A stretch of 63,530 nt of DNA, filler included, from Octopus bimaculoides (Eukaryota), in assembly GCF_001194135.2 (NCBI RefSeq). It is 4 parts of 4 records of this genome, joined end to end, with 100 filler letters (N's around TTAATTAATTAA, not from the genome) between each part and the next. Parts side by side here need not be neighbours in the genome. Positions count along the whole stretch, not along the records: positions 26,658 to 51,083 come from NC_068992.1; positions 51,184 to 57,909 come from NC_068991.1; positions 58,010 to 63,530 come from NC_068982.1; 1 more part is not named here. One strand, written 5' to 3'. The translations under genes were made by a program, and so were the position numbers. Positions within the stretch are counted from its first letter, which is position 1. Each line of letters starts with the position of its first letter. Of the stretch, positions 46,491 through 60,935 are shown in pieces. The notes beneath the pieces are model-generated. The model searched no databases. It saw only the letters and a program-made list of their open reading frames with translations, and was not told the origin of the DNA.

Positions 46491-49400
46491 CGTGTGTGTG
46501 TGTGTGTTGATATGCTCCGTGTGTTTGGAAATCTAGCAGCTAATGGCCAGTAGGAAATGACAGTTATTTTTACAGTCGTATTTCCTTCGGAGAAACGAAA
46601 ATTTTCATATGGCATTTCTATGGAGATAATAGAAATGGAAGTCCATATACGTGGCATTATAAGTTCATATCCGTCTGGACAGAGGTGTATTTACTTATGG
46701 CTATGTTTATCTATCACGTGTATGTTTGTGTGTTTATGAACGATGATATAGCTATAAATGAATGGGATTGCGTAGTTAAAATACTTTCAATATTTAAAAC
46801 GGTAAAACACACGCACAGATTAACACCTACACGCACCAAGATTGTTCTAAAATTAACTGATATAAATCGTCGAAACTTTTGGTAAATAATACTTCACTTA
46901 TAGTCAATCTACTTAGAGTTCTTCATAGCTGGCAAATATTTTGTTCCAATTAAAAGTAACGGGCTCCCACTGAGTTTTTGACAAATGAAGAGTGCAAAAT
47001 GTCACACATGCGCCAAAATCTATGGATTGTGTAGTGAGATGACAAGTTTGCGATGAAGAAGAGGAATGTAGCAGTGAAGTAAAACTGCGCAGCGGGAAAC
47101 AATCAACGGTAACTGCTGTCTCGATTTGCCAACGGTGAAAGGATTTCATCGGTTCGGACGGAGACGTCTCACAGTTCGTGAGTTTGCTGCACTGAAGTTA
47201 ACACGGATAGTGGAACTCTTGTTGTATAAGTGTGAGAAAAGCGAGTTTGTTGGGAGCTGATATCCAATATGAATTAGAGAAGACAGAAATCTTTTAGAAA
47301 GATTCACTAAGGTGTTGTGTCTCAAGCTACTGCTATCTAGCACCTTCGGATGATCTCTACTCGACTGCTCCACGACGGCTACTGAACAGTTACTCGACTC
47401 CCTACCACGGCCAGTCTACCTCTATTTATATGTCTTGGGCTGTCCTACTTCTTCGCTTGGGGGTGTCGACACAACATAAGGAAAAATATTTTCTTTTATC
47501 TGATCACAAAGGTGAGTATATTTTTACGAACTGAAAACGAAGACTGAATCCACGGAATGGAGTCATACTTATGCACAAACTAACAAATTCATGAACCAGC
47601 ATTCGGCACACTTTTGGAGGTAGAGCACCGACATCTAACATACAATCTGAACCTTGCACACTCCAACTTCCCAATTTCCATCTGCTCTACCCCAAAAAGG
47701 GCAGTACACAAAATCAATGATTTGATGTCATAGAAGATTTAAGGTGGCTCTGTATAATTCGGTTGAAAAGAACAAATTAAATTTTGCGCCAAAAGTATTA
47801 GAGAACTGCGACGAAGCTTAACACAAAGGCACAGCTTCTGAAATGTATTTCGAATCGTAACAAAACTTGCAATTTCAATTATCGTGTGAGGTTATAAATT
47901 AGTCATATTAAATTTCCTGATAAAAATCATCATGTCCTACGTACTTTGGTCTCTAGAAAATTCTTCATCAATATCATGTAATTCAAAGAGAATTCATGAT
48001 GTTTCACTTATTAGCCTTTATTCGTACACGCTGCCAGCTGCCTCTTCTCATTCGTTTTACGGTTATTTATGCTTTCGAAGCAAATACCATTGCATTAAAA
48101 TATCATTTTTACTTTTTGTTGTATTTGCTATACCTCTATTTTTTGTTATCCAGATTTATTCCACAAGTTACGTGTAGATGTTTAGTTAAGTATGTATGTA
48201 TGTATGTATGTATGTTTGTATGTATGTATGTATATACACACCTTAGAGGAGAAAGCACAACGAAAACCAAGGCAGGACCAATATCTCAAGTCATTTAGAA
48301 TATTTAAGTAGAGTAAGGTGAATTTAAGGTAATTAATTAATCAATTAATTATTGGATGTCTTATAGCTGTTTCTGGGATAAGAAAGCAACGTCGACCCCT
48401 GTGGTATTTGCATCTGTATGCACAGGCTATTCCGTCATCAAAGACAAGGTGAATATGAATGAAAGTTCTACACTGGGAATTCCCAGTTTATAAAGGAATA
48501 AAATAGTAGATAGAAGCGTAAAGATTAAAGAGTAAAACAGTAATATATACCTGCTAACTCGGAAGCCTAATACGAATCCCCAGTTCCAGCCTCAGCTGTG
48601 AACTTAGAAACTAGCGGATTACCAATTGGAGCTCTTCCACAGTATACATATTGGTTTAAATCACCAGTGAAATAGAACCTTCATATTCTATATATAGAAT
48701 ACTCAGCTCAATTTCCATTGAATATTTGTCTTTGGAGTTCGTACTTCCAGTAACTTACCACCGCTATGCATAAACGTTAAATAAATTAAACATAAATATT
48801 GACTACTCACTTTGACAATCTTACTACATATATCGCGGAAAAAGAAACACTAAGGTTTGCAAAAAAAAGTAATTAAAAAAATCGAAATTAAATCTATCAT
48901 TTGAACGATGAAAAATAAATTTATTTGGAATATAAATTTAGTAAGTATGAAAGTGGTAGCATATATGTGTGTCGATGCCTGCTTAGAGTTATGCATTTCT
49001 GTAAGTGTGAATGTAGAAGACGCTGAAATCTAAATCGTATAAAGGAACCTAGCAAAATAAGGACCATAGAGATATATGCAATTCTTAAAATGAATAACTC
49101 GGTGAAGTGATTTGATATTTAATACAGTTTAGGTTTTGAGAACTACTCCTTAAGTCAATTGACAAAATGCCTTGTGTTATTTGGCTATGTTCGTTTGCTT
49201 CCTGATTTGAAAATATACCAAGGACAACTTTTGAATGTATTTATCTGATCTCGTTGAGAATATATTATAGTCAAATACCCTAGTCAAATACCCTAGTCAT
49301 GGCATATATTAAGATTGTGAGACGGTTGAATCTCTACGTGGCTGGATGAAATTATTTGCGACATTTCTTCAGACTTTTCTTTCTGAGATCAAATACTACT

Positions 49401-51183
49401 GGGGTCGACTTTGCCTTCTTATCCTTTTGGGGTTGATAAAACTGGTACCAGTTGAGTAATTAGGTCGATGTAAACGACCTACCCACCCCGCAGAAATTGT
49501 TTATCTCGTGCCAAAGTGTGTCAAAAGGGTATCTAGACTAACTGACTAAACAGAAACATTCAAGAGAAGCTATAACTTTGCTATCTTGGAACAGGACGTA
49601 GATACTCAATGAAGATGAGGTTGCCTCTAGATGTCCAATTCATTATGCAAAATTTCGATTGTACCATACTCGTTAGGAAGGGATCACTCTCCCATCAGGA
49701 GCTGACTAAAAATATCAGGAAGATATTATCTTACTTGAGTCGTGGTATTATCGCCAAAAAAATCTATATTGCAACACTCAGGAAAGTTTCTGTTGGCGGC
49801 TATATCAAACGTTTACCAGAACCGGAGTAGAGCCACCTTTTGCAAGATAATATAGAATATTACAGCATTCCAATAAAAATTGTCACTTTGTGAAAAAGAA
49901 AATGCCAAATATTTTACGTGCAACAGGAAGCAAAGATTGTGCAAAATAGTATAGATCAGCTACTTGGCAGTTTTGAACACTCGACCGAAGTTCGTAAAAC
50001 AAAGCAGAACATCTATGTTGAACAAATGGAAAAAATTTACATCTTATAGCTAAGTTTAGGATTTTTATGTGTACGTCTGACCAAATTAAAACAAAGGTTG
50101 GCAAAAAAGACGTCAAAAATTGTTGGTTTGTTGCAGAAAGAAAGCAACCATAAACTGATTACTAATGCGACAGATTAGTGATAAGGACAAAAACTTGTAA
50201 CAATACTTGGATTCCCTATTCAACGTGTCCGTTCTAAATATATGCATACAACTATGTGTATGTGTAAAATACGCTGACAGATACAGGAATTATATACACA
50301 AATATAATATAGAACCCAGATATATACAAATACACACATACATGTGTACAAAAAGAGGTACAGTTCCACTACATAGGTTCACATTTATACAAACGCATTA
50401 GCATAATGGCACACATTCTAGCATATATTCGTACATATACACTTATAGACAAAGATAGTTTCGTTAAAATTTGATATATCATATTCATATATACACAATA
50501 TTCAAGTACACTTTTTTAAGGTGCATTATTTTTCGATTCGAGAAAATGGCCCAGATCAATTTAATTTTATGAAATCCGGGACAATTAGTGCATTCTGAAC
50601 AAATTTTTAACACATAAAACAAGCACTTTTGAAGCAAAGATATTTGTCTCGTTTTATTATATGTCTGTTCCGGTTCGTGATAATCGCAGCCTAGGTATGT
50701 ATATATTTTAGCGATCATGACGAGGATGTACACTTTTATGGTGATATCTGTGTGTGTGTGTGTCTGTGTGAGAGAGAGAGAGAGAGGGAGAGAGAAAGAA
50801 AGAGAGAGAGAAAACGTGGGGGATGATTGTATAGGTGAGAGTATTCCTGTCTATATGTGAGTATATCTATAAGGGCATTTCTATATATGTATATATAAAT
50901 ATATATATACACATATGTCTGTATATATGCATATACATATATATATATATATATATACATATGTATATATATATACATATATATATACATATGTATACAT
51001 ACATATACATATGTATATATATACACACATATATATATATATGCATATATATATATATATACTTATGTATATATGTGTATATANNNNNNNNNNNNNNNNN
51101 NNNNNNNNNNNNNNNNNNNNNNNNNNNTTAATTAATTAANNNNNNNNNNNNNNNNNNNNNNNNNNNNNNNNNNNNNNNNNNNN

Positions 51184-51232
<49 letters not shown>

Positions 51233-51674
51233 TACATATACGTCTGTACACTAATTTCTCTGTTGCTTCTATTTTCACCTGTACCTAATTATATGCACAA
51301 AATACAAAACGATCTGGAAAACAATAAGATCAACAACAACAACAACAACAATAACAATAGTTATATTTGCAACAACAAGAATTAATGTAATAACAATTTT
51401 ATTTATTTATAGAAACCGAATTCTTTGCTTTATAGTTCCCGCTCCACGTCAACACTTCACCTTAATTACTCTGTGTCTAGTAGCCGTTGATTAGATGCAT
51501 TTTTCTATATGCATTTACATCTAATATATATTATATATAATGAACTAGGCGACACTTTTACACCTAACATATCTGTGAAATTTCTTTTAATAACTCTTTC
51601 ATCCAGCTCTCTCTGTTTGAAATACTAATTTATATGTATATATATATATATATGCATTTATCTTAAGTAGAACT

Positions 51675-52345
51675 AATAAACTTTCTGCTATGGATGCAAG
51701 GCATGGAATTTAGGGGATGGGAACGTGTCTAATCGATTACGTCTACCCCCACACTACCGTGCTTGAATGGAACTTTTTGTTTTTTTCGATCCTGAAAGGA
51801 CGGCAGATGAAGTCGGCTTCGGTGGAATTTGAACTCGCAACGTTAACCTGGAAAAAAATGCCACTAAATCAGAACTAATAAATTTTCTACTATGGACATA
51901 AGTTCTGAAATTTAGGGGTCGGGTACGTGGCTAGTCGATTACTTCTACCCACAACCCCTGCTTGAATAGAACTTATTTTTTTCAATCCTGAGAGGAGGTT
52001 AGGTGAAGTCGACATCGGTTGAATTTGAACTCAGGAAGTAAACCCGGAAAAAATGCCACCAAACATTTTATCCGGCGTGCTAACAATTCTGCTAGACCGC
52101 CGTCATAATTATTGCTAATATGATGTTAACTAAAGGGGGTGAGGTGGGAGAATTGTTAGCACGCCGGGCAAAATACTTGGCGGCATTTCGTCCGTCTTTA
52201 CGTTCTGTGTTCAAATTACGTTGAGGTCGACTTTGCCTTTTATTCTTTCGAGGTCGATTAAATAAGTACCAATTGAATACTGGGGGTCGTTGTAATTGAC
52301 TAACATTCTACTCTTAACTTGCTGGTCTTGTACAAAAATTTGAAA
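51675..52345. mobile_element. Cluster of three SINE family A copies (two minus, one plus)
   Basis: About 51675-51870 (-), 51875-52104 (-) and 52135-52345 (+); family core in each. Confidence 0.8.
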
Positions 52346-52419
52346 TCGACATAAACCTAATGTTGAATATTTTAGTTTAAACGTAGTAAAATATATTCAT
52401 ATACACTTTTACACCCTTT

Positions 52420-53025
52420 TATACGTTTCAGTCATATGACTGTAGCCATGCTGGAGCACTGCCTTTTAGTCCGAAGACATCTACCTCAGGGCTTATTCTT
52501 TGTAAGCCTAGTTAGTACTTATTCTATCGTTCTCTTTTGCAGAACCGCTAGCTTTCGAAAACAAACGCACCAACATCGGTTGTCAAGCGATTGTGGGAGT
52601 GGGGACAAACACAAAGACACATACATATAAGTATGTATGNNNNNNNNNNNNNNNNNNNNNNNNNNNNNNNNNNNNNNNNNNNNNNNNNNNNNNNNNNNNN
52701 NNNNNNNNNNNNNNNNNNNNNNNNNNNNNNNNNNNNATAAAGACGAAGACAGATTTATAAACAAGAAGCAGATGTATTAGTTTGACGCTCGGGAAAGTGA
52801 GAAAGTCTTTTATGTTTCGAGCCTACGCCCTTCACCTGAAAGGAACACGAGGAAATAAACAGACGACGGGCTTCTTCCAGTTTCCGTCTACCAAATCCAC
52901 TCACAAGGCTTTGGTAGGCCCGAGGCTATAGTAGAAAACACTTTCCCAAGGTGCAACGCAGTTGAACTGAACCCATATCCATGTGGTTGGGAACCAAAAT
53001 TCTTATCACACAGCCTCGCCTGCGC
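52420..53025 (-). mobile_element. Composite SINE family B/C (gap and insert in the internal repeat)
   Basis: Body 52420-52620, head 52860-53025. Confidence 0.8.
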
Positions 53026-53399
53026 TTATAGTATAATTTACTAAAATAACATACTCGAAACTTAAGCGCCTGTAGAACCCTGATGAATGTATCTTTCTCT
53101 CATAGGTTAACAACCGTTCATAGAAAGGTCTCAAGGTATATAAAAACAAGCCACTCCTCATTTAAAACCGCTTCCACCACAGTTTGGTATGAATTTCGAC
53201 CATGAGGTCGGTCCTTTAATCGCCTACATTCTTACAAGGTGTGATTCATATGAATATGTTTAGTATGACATTGGTGATGAGATTAAATCTGCATCTGCTG
53301 CTTCAGTTTCAATGGCTTGGTTGGGTGGCTTGCTACGCTTCTGAAGGACATTAACATTGTCCCACCTTTTGGCACTACCTTACGCACACATTACGGTCT

Positions 53400-53669
53400 T
53401 CATTTGTTATATACTTGGTTTAGTCATTGGACAGCGACCATGCTGGGGCACCGCCTGGAAGTGTTTTCGTTGAACAAGTCGACATCAGTACTTATTTTTT
53501 AGCTTAATAAAACCTGTTACTCATTCTGTTTTCTTTTGCCGAACTGGTAAGGGGACACAGACCAACCAACAGCGGTTGTCAAGAGATTATAAGTGACAAA
53601 AACAAACACAAAGACACACACACATATACACACACACGTACACACACATCTAGATAAATGTATAGTGTA

Positions 53670-53729
<60 letters not shown>

Positions 53730-53875
53730 TGCTATCTTTTTGATTTCTGTGTAGCAAATTTGGTAGGCCCGAGGCAATAAAAGACACTTGCCATAGTGCA
53801 ACGTATTGGAACTAAACAGGCAACCATAGAGTTGGTAAGTGAAATTCTTACAACACAGCTACGCTTACGCCTGTT
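53400..53875 (-). mobile_element. Composite SINE family B/C with internal (CA)/(GATA)/(GA)n
   Basis: Body 53400-53615, expanded internal microsatellite, head 53750-53875. Confidence 0.75.
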
Positions 53876-54176
53876 GGGGTCATTGAAAATTAGAGATTCC
53901 GAGAGCTAGAAATAATTCTGTTTTGCAGCACTTAATTCTTGCTGGAAAGAATAAAGTTTCTAAAATAGGTAGAGAAGTTCTTGGGAAATTCTTTGGTTGA
54001 ATGGAACAACACTTGCCAGCTATACAGATGTAGGTTTGTGTCACGAGGGCAACATTCAAATATTTTTTAGTCCAAAACTAACTTGTTATTGTCTACAGCC
54101 ACAACTACTTCGAAATTCACTTTGTCCAGAAAATCTGTCTCGCATTAACTCTCTCACATATATATGCATACATACA

Positions 54177-54255
<79 letters not shown>
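54177..54255. repeat. (TATC)n tetranucleotide repeat
   Basis: Direct inspection. Confidence 0.95.
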
Positions 54256-54853
54256 NNNNNNNNNNNNNNNNNNNNNNNNNNNNNNNNNNNNNNNNNNNNN
54301 NNNNNNNNNNNNNNNNNNNNNNNNNNNNNNNNNNNNNNNNNNNNNNNNNNNNNNNNNNNNNNNNNNNNNNNNNNNNNNNNNNNNNNNNNNNNNNNNNNNN
54401 NNNNNNNNNNNNNNNNNNNNNNNNNNNNNNNNNNNNNNNNNNNNNNNNNNNNNNNNNNNNNNNNNNNNNNNNNNNNNNNNNNNNNNNNNNNNNNNNNNNN
54501 NNNNNNNNNATATATATATATATACATATATTCAAAGAGGGAGACAAAAAGACAGAGAGAGAGAAGAAAGACATTCAGACTGACTGGCTGTACGTGTGAG
54601 CGTGGTGCATGTCTGTATGTATGTCCGTCTAAGATTTCAAAACTGTACTTGTTTCTCATGTGACTTGATTTGAGAGTGCACGTTGACCCTAACTGAATGA
54701 CATCGTGAAAGAACCATCCTTAAGCAGAAATGGGATTTTAAATGGCTAAATTGATAAAGAGACGTTCATAAATTATGCGATAAAAACGAAAAAGGCAAAT
54801 TCTACGGAAGAAAAGGAAGGGGAGAACGCCACCCACAGGGAGGATATTATGCG

Positions 54854-54892
<39 letters not shown>

Positions 54893-56030
54893 TATATGTG
54901 GTTCATATATACAACCTATATATATATATATGGGCACAGGACGTCACGAAACGTGTACAACAAAAAGATATGAAGCACGAGTACATGGAACATGAAATAT
55001 TCTTTCGAACAACGAAAGACACAAATGGAAAACAAAATCAACAACATAAAGTACGACCGTTTATCAGTTGTTGGNNNNNNNNNNNNNNNNNNNNNNNNNN
55101 NNNNNNNNNNNNNNNNNNNNNNNNNNNNNNNNNNNNNNNNNNNNNNNNNNNNNNNNNNNNNNNNNNNNNNNNNNNNNNNNNNNNNNNNNNNNNNNNNNNN
55201 NNNNNNNNNNNNNNNNNNNNNNNNNNNNNNNNNNNNNNNNNNNNNNNNNNNNNNNNNNNNNNNNNNNNNNNNNNNNNNNNNNNNNNNNNNNNNNNNNNNN
55301 NNNNNNNNNNNNNNNNNNNNNNNNNNNNNNNNNNNNNNNNNNNNNNNNNNNNNNNNNNNNNNNNNNNNNNNNNNNNNNNNNNNNNNNNNNNNNNNNNNNN
55401 NNNNNNNNNNNNNNNNNNNNNNNNNNNNNNNNNNNNNNNNNNNNNNNNNNNNNNNNNNNNNNNNNNNNNNNNNNNNNNNNNNNNNNNNNNNNNNNNNNNN
55501 NNNNNNNNNNNNNNNNNNNNNNNNNNNNNNNNNNNNNNNNNNNNNNNNNNNNNNNNNNNNNNNNNNNNNNNNNNNNNNNNNNNNNNNNNNNNNNNNNNNN
55601 NNNNNNNNNNNNNNNNNNNNNNNNNNNNNNNNNNNNNNNNNNNNNNNNNNNNNNNNNNNNNNNNNNNNNNNNNNNNNNNNNNNNNNNNNNNNNNNNNNNN
55701 NNNNNNNNNNNNNNNNNNNNNNNNNNNNNNNNNNNNNNNNNNNNNNNNNNNNNNNNNNNNNNNNNNNNNNNNNNNNNNNNNNNNNNNNNNNNNNNNNNNN
55801 NNNNNNNNNNNNNNNNNNNNNNNNNNNNNNNNNNNNNNNNNNNNNNNNNNNNNNNNNNNNNNNNNNNNNNNNNNNNNNNNNNNNNNNNNNNNNNNNNNNN
55901 NNNNNNNNNNNNNNNNNNNNNNNNNNNNNNNNNNNNNNNNNNNNNNNNNNNNNNNNNNNNNNNNNNNNNNNNNNNNNNNNNNNNNNNNNNNNNNNNNNNN
56001 NNNNNNNNNNNNNNNNNNNNNNNNNNNNNN

Positions 56031-56063
<33 letters not shown>

Positions 56064-56070
56064 TAGAGAT

Positions 56071-56121
<51 letters not shown>

Positions 56122-56382
56122 TAGATAGACAAAAATAATAAAAGAGCGACAAAGAGACAGAGAGACAGAGAGACAGAGAGAACTAGAGCCGGAGAGGTAG
56201 TTAGGTAGGGCGATAGGAAGATGTTTAGGACGTCGGATTCAATGATATCCAACTGGCACCTTCGACCAAGTAATTTTTTCTACGGAGACTGAGGTACAGT
56301 TACAGTTTACCGTACATCACTGCCACCGACCCACGATATCCAGTAAGTAAACGAACATTGCTTCTTTTAACCTGATTAAGCT

Positions 56383-56600
56383 AAGGCGCACGGACTAGTG
56401 GTTCTTGCATTGCTCTCACAGTGGGGAGGTCGTGATTTCTATACCTGAAGCGGGCACTGCATTTTGTTCTTGATTAAAACACTTAGAGTCATATTGCTCC
56501 GGCCCACTCAACTTTAAATGATTGACCCCTCAACTGACCGGCGTGACTTCGGTCACGTGTACGTCAAAGAAACTGGGTGACCTGTCCTATCAATCCAAGA
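56383..56600 (+). mobile_element. tRNA-derived SINE, additional family
   Basis: GGCGCACGGACTAGTGG...GGAGGTCGTGATTTCTATACC...TTGTTCTTGATTAAAACACTT (tRNA-like head plus V/CORE-like motif). Confidence 0.5.
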
Positions 56601-56828
56601 ACATGAGAAATTGATGTTCACCGGTTGTTGATGTTGCTGATGTTTATGATGAAAATGCAGTTAGTGACCAGGTCGAAGCTCGCGCGACGTTTTTGACACT
56701 GTGAAACAAATGATAAACATTTAAGCGAATTAAATGTCTTTGTGTGTTTTATGAATGGGTAAAAATATATCAAACACGCAACAATTGTATGAGATTGTAA
56801 TTATCTTCAAATTTCAAGAAATGTTTAA

Positions 56829-57500
56829 ATATTCTTCTCTATAATAGGTACAAGGCCTGAAATTTAGGAGAAGAGGGCTACTCGAGTACATCGACCCCAG
56901 TGCTCAACTGGTACTTAATTTATCGATCCCGTAAGGATGCAAAGCAAGGTCGACCTCAGCGGAATTTGAAAACAGAGCATAAGGATGGACGGAATGCTGT
57001 TGAGCATATTTCGCCCTGTGTGCTAACGTTTCTCCCAGCTCATCACATTCAACTAATCCTTTAATATTATTTTCTACTCTAAGCACAAGGTTCGAAATTT
57101 TGGGGGAGGGGGTCTAGTCGATTAGATCGACCCAAGTACGAAACTGGTAATTAATTTATCGACCCCGAAGTATGAATGGCAAAGTCGACCTCGGCGAAAT
57201 TTGAACTGAGAAAGGAAAGACAGATGATATACCGCTAAGCATTTTGCCCGGCGTGCTAACGTTTCTTATTTCTTCATTGTCAACAAGGGGCTAAATATTG
57301 AGGGGGACAGACAAGGACAGACAAAGAGATTGAGTCGAATAGATGGACTCCAGTGCGTAATTGGTACTTAAATTATCGACCCCGAAATGATGAAAGGTAA
57401 AGTCGATCTCGGCGAAATTTGAACTCAGAACGTAACGGCAGACAAAATACCGCTATGCAATTCGCCAGGCGTGCTAACGTTTCTGCCAGCTCGCTGCCTT
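56829..57500 (-). mobile_element. Three head-to-tail SINE family A copies; third has an alternative 3' tail
   Basis: About 56829-57045, 57064-57265 and 57266-57500. Confidence 0.85.
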
Positions 57501-57845
57501 AATAGTCTTTTAATATTAATAAATTGTTGATTCTCAGACGCTGAAAGCTTCAGAAACGTACAAGTTCACTTCCAGCTGCTCATGGTGGTCGAACCGTAGT
57601 ACATGGGTACCTAACTTCGTTTATGTGTGCCTCTTACCATTTAATCGATTGAATCATTAATACATTTATATCATCTGAAATGTATATGATGATGTTGATG
57701 ATGCTGTTGGCTGTAGGCGACAAGAATAACAAGAAAACCAATAATTATTAATTAACTCAACACCTATCGCGAAATTTCGCGCATTTGCGGGTGTTTATGT
57801 ATATATACATACATACATACTTACATATATACATACACACACACA

Positions 57846-57909
<64 letters not shown>

Positions 57910-58336
57910 NNNNNNNNNNNNNNNNNNNNNNNNNNNNNNNNNNNNNNNNNNNNTTAATTAATTAANNNNNNNNNNNNNNNNNNNNNNNNNNNNNNNNNNN
58001 NNNNNNNNNTATATATAAATATATATATATATACATGCATGCATACATACATACATACATGCATACATACATGCATACATACATACATATAATTGTTTTG
58101 AGACAGAAGATTGATTAGAAATTCTCTCACTATATAGAGGTTTGGACTTAGAAGTGCTCAAGAGTAACTTGAGACGAAAGATATAAATATTTAATGTGAA
58201 GGAACAACAGACCTGGTAATTCAATCCGCAGACATGACTCCGGTTTGAGATGGATTTAGAGGAAAATTGTACATGATAAATTAAATCTATATAAACACAA
58301 TGTCATTTTTAAAACAAAATCTGTAAATTAATAAAT

Positions 58337-58990
58337 ATATTAAATATATATAAGTGTAAAATAATAGATTTTAAAGAATCTTTGTATGCAGACATAAAAA
58401 CGTTAAAACATGTATGTATAGGTAAACATATTGCAGAAGGTATGAAGTGGTGATGGAAACGAACTAAAAGATACAATGAAGAGCGAAGTTAAAATTTGGG
58501 AGTAGTTAAATTTAGTTAAAGTAGGGTACCACCGGCCGTTTCTGGAGGTTCATTACATTTCAAGCAATGAACTCCAAGATACAGCCATTAGCAGTCTAAC
58601 AAATTTTAACTATCTCGAATTTTAAATTCGCTCCTCATTGTATCTTTTAGTTCGTTTCCATCACTACTGCAAACATTCTGTAATATTTTACCTACGCGAG
58701 GAGCTGGTAGAAACGTTAGCACACCGGGTGAAATGCTTAGCAGTATTACGTTCTGAGTTCAAATTTCGCCCAGGTCGACCTGACCTCTCATCGTTTTGGG
58801 GTCGATAAATTCAGTACCAGTTGAGTACTGGGGTCGATCTAATCAACTGACCTCCTCTCCTAAAGTGTCGAGCCTTGTGCCAAGAGTAGAAAAGTATATT
58901 TTTACCTCTTCACGCATGTTTTAAGGTTTTTACGTCTGCATCCGGAGATTCTTTAAAATCTATTACTTTACACTTATATATTTGTAATAT
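58337..58990. mobile_element. Foldback/MITE element with about 210-bp inverted arms, right arm interrupted by a SINE A
   Basis: GTGATGGAAACGAACTAAAAGATACAATGA is the reverse complement of TCATTGTATCTTTTAGTTCGTTTCCATCAC; outer arm resumes after the SINE (58900-58990 mirrors 58337-58430). Confidence 0.85.
58695..58895 (+). mobile_element. SINE family A copy with apparent TSD
   Basis: ATATTTTACCT before and ATATTTTTACCT after the copy. Confidence 0.85.
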
Positions 58991-59400
58991 ACACACATAT
59001 ATATACTCCTTTCCATCACACACCTACACCCGCACATATGCAAAGATATGCATATCTGTATGATGATTGAAAGTCGCACATATGTACCGGACACGGTATT
59101 ACACACATATACATACTTGTATACACATATACACACAGGCACACACATATACATATAATATATATACATACATACACACAGAAATAAACACACGATTAAA
59201 AAGTAAAAAGAAAAAAAAATGAAAAAATATATATAAAAATACTTCGAGTCGCTCTGTCACTTGTGATAAATATTAATAAAAATATACATATATTCACAAT
59301 TTGAGGTTTATTTTTTTCTGTTTGCACCAAAATGGTTGTAAATATATAGGTATATACCTATATAGATATAGATATATTTATATATACCTATATATACATG

Positions 59401-59436
<36 letters not shown>

Positions 59437-60129
59437 NNNNNNNNNNNNNNNNNNNNNNNNNNNNNNNNNNNNNNNNNNNNNNNNNNNNNNNNNNNNNNNN
59501 NNNNNNNNNNNNNNNNNNNNNNNNNNNNNNNNNNNNNNNNNNNNNNNNNNNNNNNNNNNNNNNNNNNNNNNNNNNNNNNNNNNNNNNNNNNNNNNNNNNN
59601 NNNNNNNNNNNNNNNNNNNNNNNNNNNNNNNNNNNNNNNNNNNNNNNNNNNNNNNNNNNNNNNNNNNNNNNNNNNNNNNNNNNNNNNNNNNNNNNNNNNN
59701 NNNNNNNNNNNNNNNNNNNNNNNNNNNNNNNNNNNNNNNNNNNNNNNNNNNNNNNNNNNNNNNNNNNNNNNNNNNNNNNNNNNNNNNNNNNNNNNNNNNN
59801 NNNNNNNNNNNNNNNNNNNNNNNNNNNNNNNNNNNNNNNNNNNNNNNNNNNNNNNNNNNNNNNNNNNNNNNNNNNNNNNNNNNNNNNNNNNNNNNNNNNN
59901 NNNNNNNNNNNNNNNNNNNNNNNNNNNNNNNNNNNNNNNNNNNNNNNNNNNNNNNNNNNNNNNNNNNNNNNNNNNNNNNNNNNNNNNNNNNNNNNNNNNN
60001 NNNNNNNNNNNNNNNNNNNNNNNNNNNNNNNNNNNNNNNNNNNNNNNTATATATGTATATATGTATATATATCTATGTATATATATGTATGTATATGTCA
60101 TAGCTGCACCCTCCTTACACGAGGAAAGC

Positions 60130-60935
60130 CATTGCTTTTATTGATTTACTATTAATGATTTCCCAGTATTTATTTTTCGTTTTATAAAGTATTTGTTAAT
60201 TAGATTAAAGATTGTTTTCGCTTTGCATAGCATATGGTAATATTAGCCAGACAGTATCATTTACTTGGTTCGCATGATTAGGATTACTGTTCTTTGGTCT
60301 ATTGTTTTTATTTGAGAAATAATTTTTATTATTAATAATATTGACGTTATATTTATCAATGGTGGTTGCATTCTTCACATTAACTATTGTATCTACATTA
60401 TTATAGTTAGCATTATTATTGTTATCACTATTAGAAGAGATGACAACGGGTACTTGTTTGGGATTTCCTATGTTATGCATCTTATCCAGAGATAAAATGA
60501 ATATCATAAGATATATATTGATTGCCATCTTTTTCTAACATATATGTAAGACAACATTCTCTATATAACTTATATATTATTTTCTGTAGTAATAAATATA
60601 TACCTAACTAGTAAATATATATAATTCTACCAGTCTTTCGTGGGATGTTACTCCATATATTTGTAAACAATTATTTTTAAGCACCAGAGCCCGGGAGTGT
60701 TTATTTTTCCATTCTTTCATACTTTTATTTTTCTCGTTCAGACAATTACTTGTAAATTTGATATATATCACATATATATTAACAACGCCATTGTTTTCAA
60801 ATATTAGCAGACCAATTACTGTCCAGCCCCTGTCCAATGTTTTGCCAACCTTTGTACAATCCCTGTATATTACTGGTGTGATATGGAAAACTTAGAAAAT
60901 TCGGTAACCCCATGGTAGAACCAGCTGTAAGAGTT
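60130..60935 (-). pseudogene. Highly decayed Penelope-like RT/linker fragment
   Basis: DTVWLILPYAMQSE resembles the PLE RT-to-GIY-YIG linker; upstream GSTMGLP and WSNIPRK resemble RT motifs. Confidence 0.4.

Noticed and set aside
46913-47470. Higher-complexity segment with two adjacent minus-strand ORFs
   Set aside because: No recognisable domain or consistent splice signals; probably an old LINE fragment but not supportable.
44461-60155. Long ORFs of 200-400 aa in the ORF track
   Set aside because: They consist of X from N gaps or translated dinucleotide repeats (HTHT, IYIY, ERER, CVCV).
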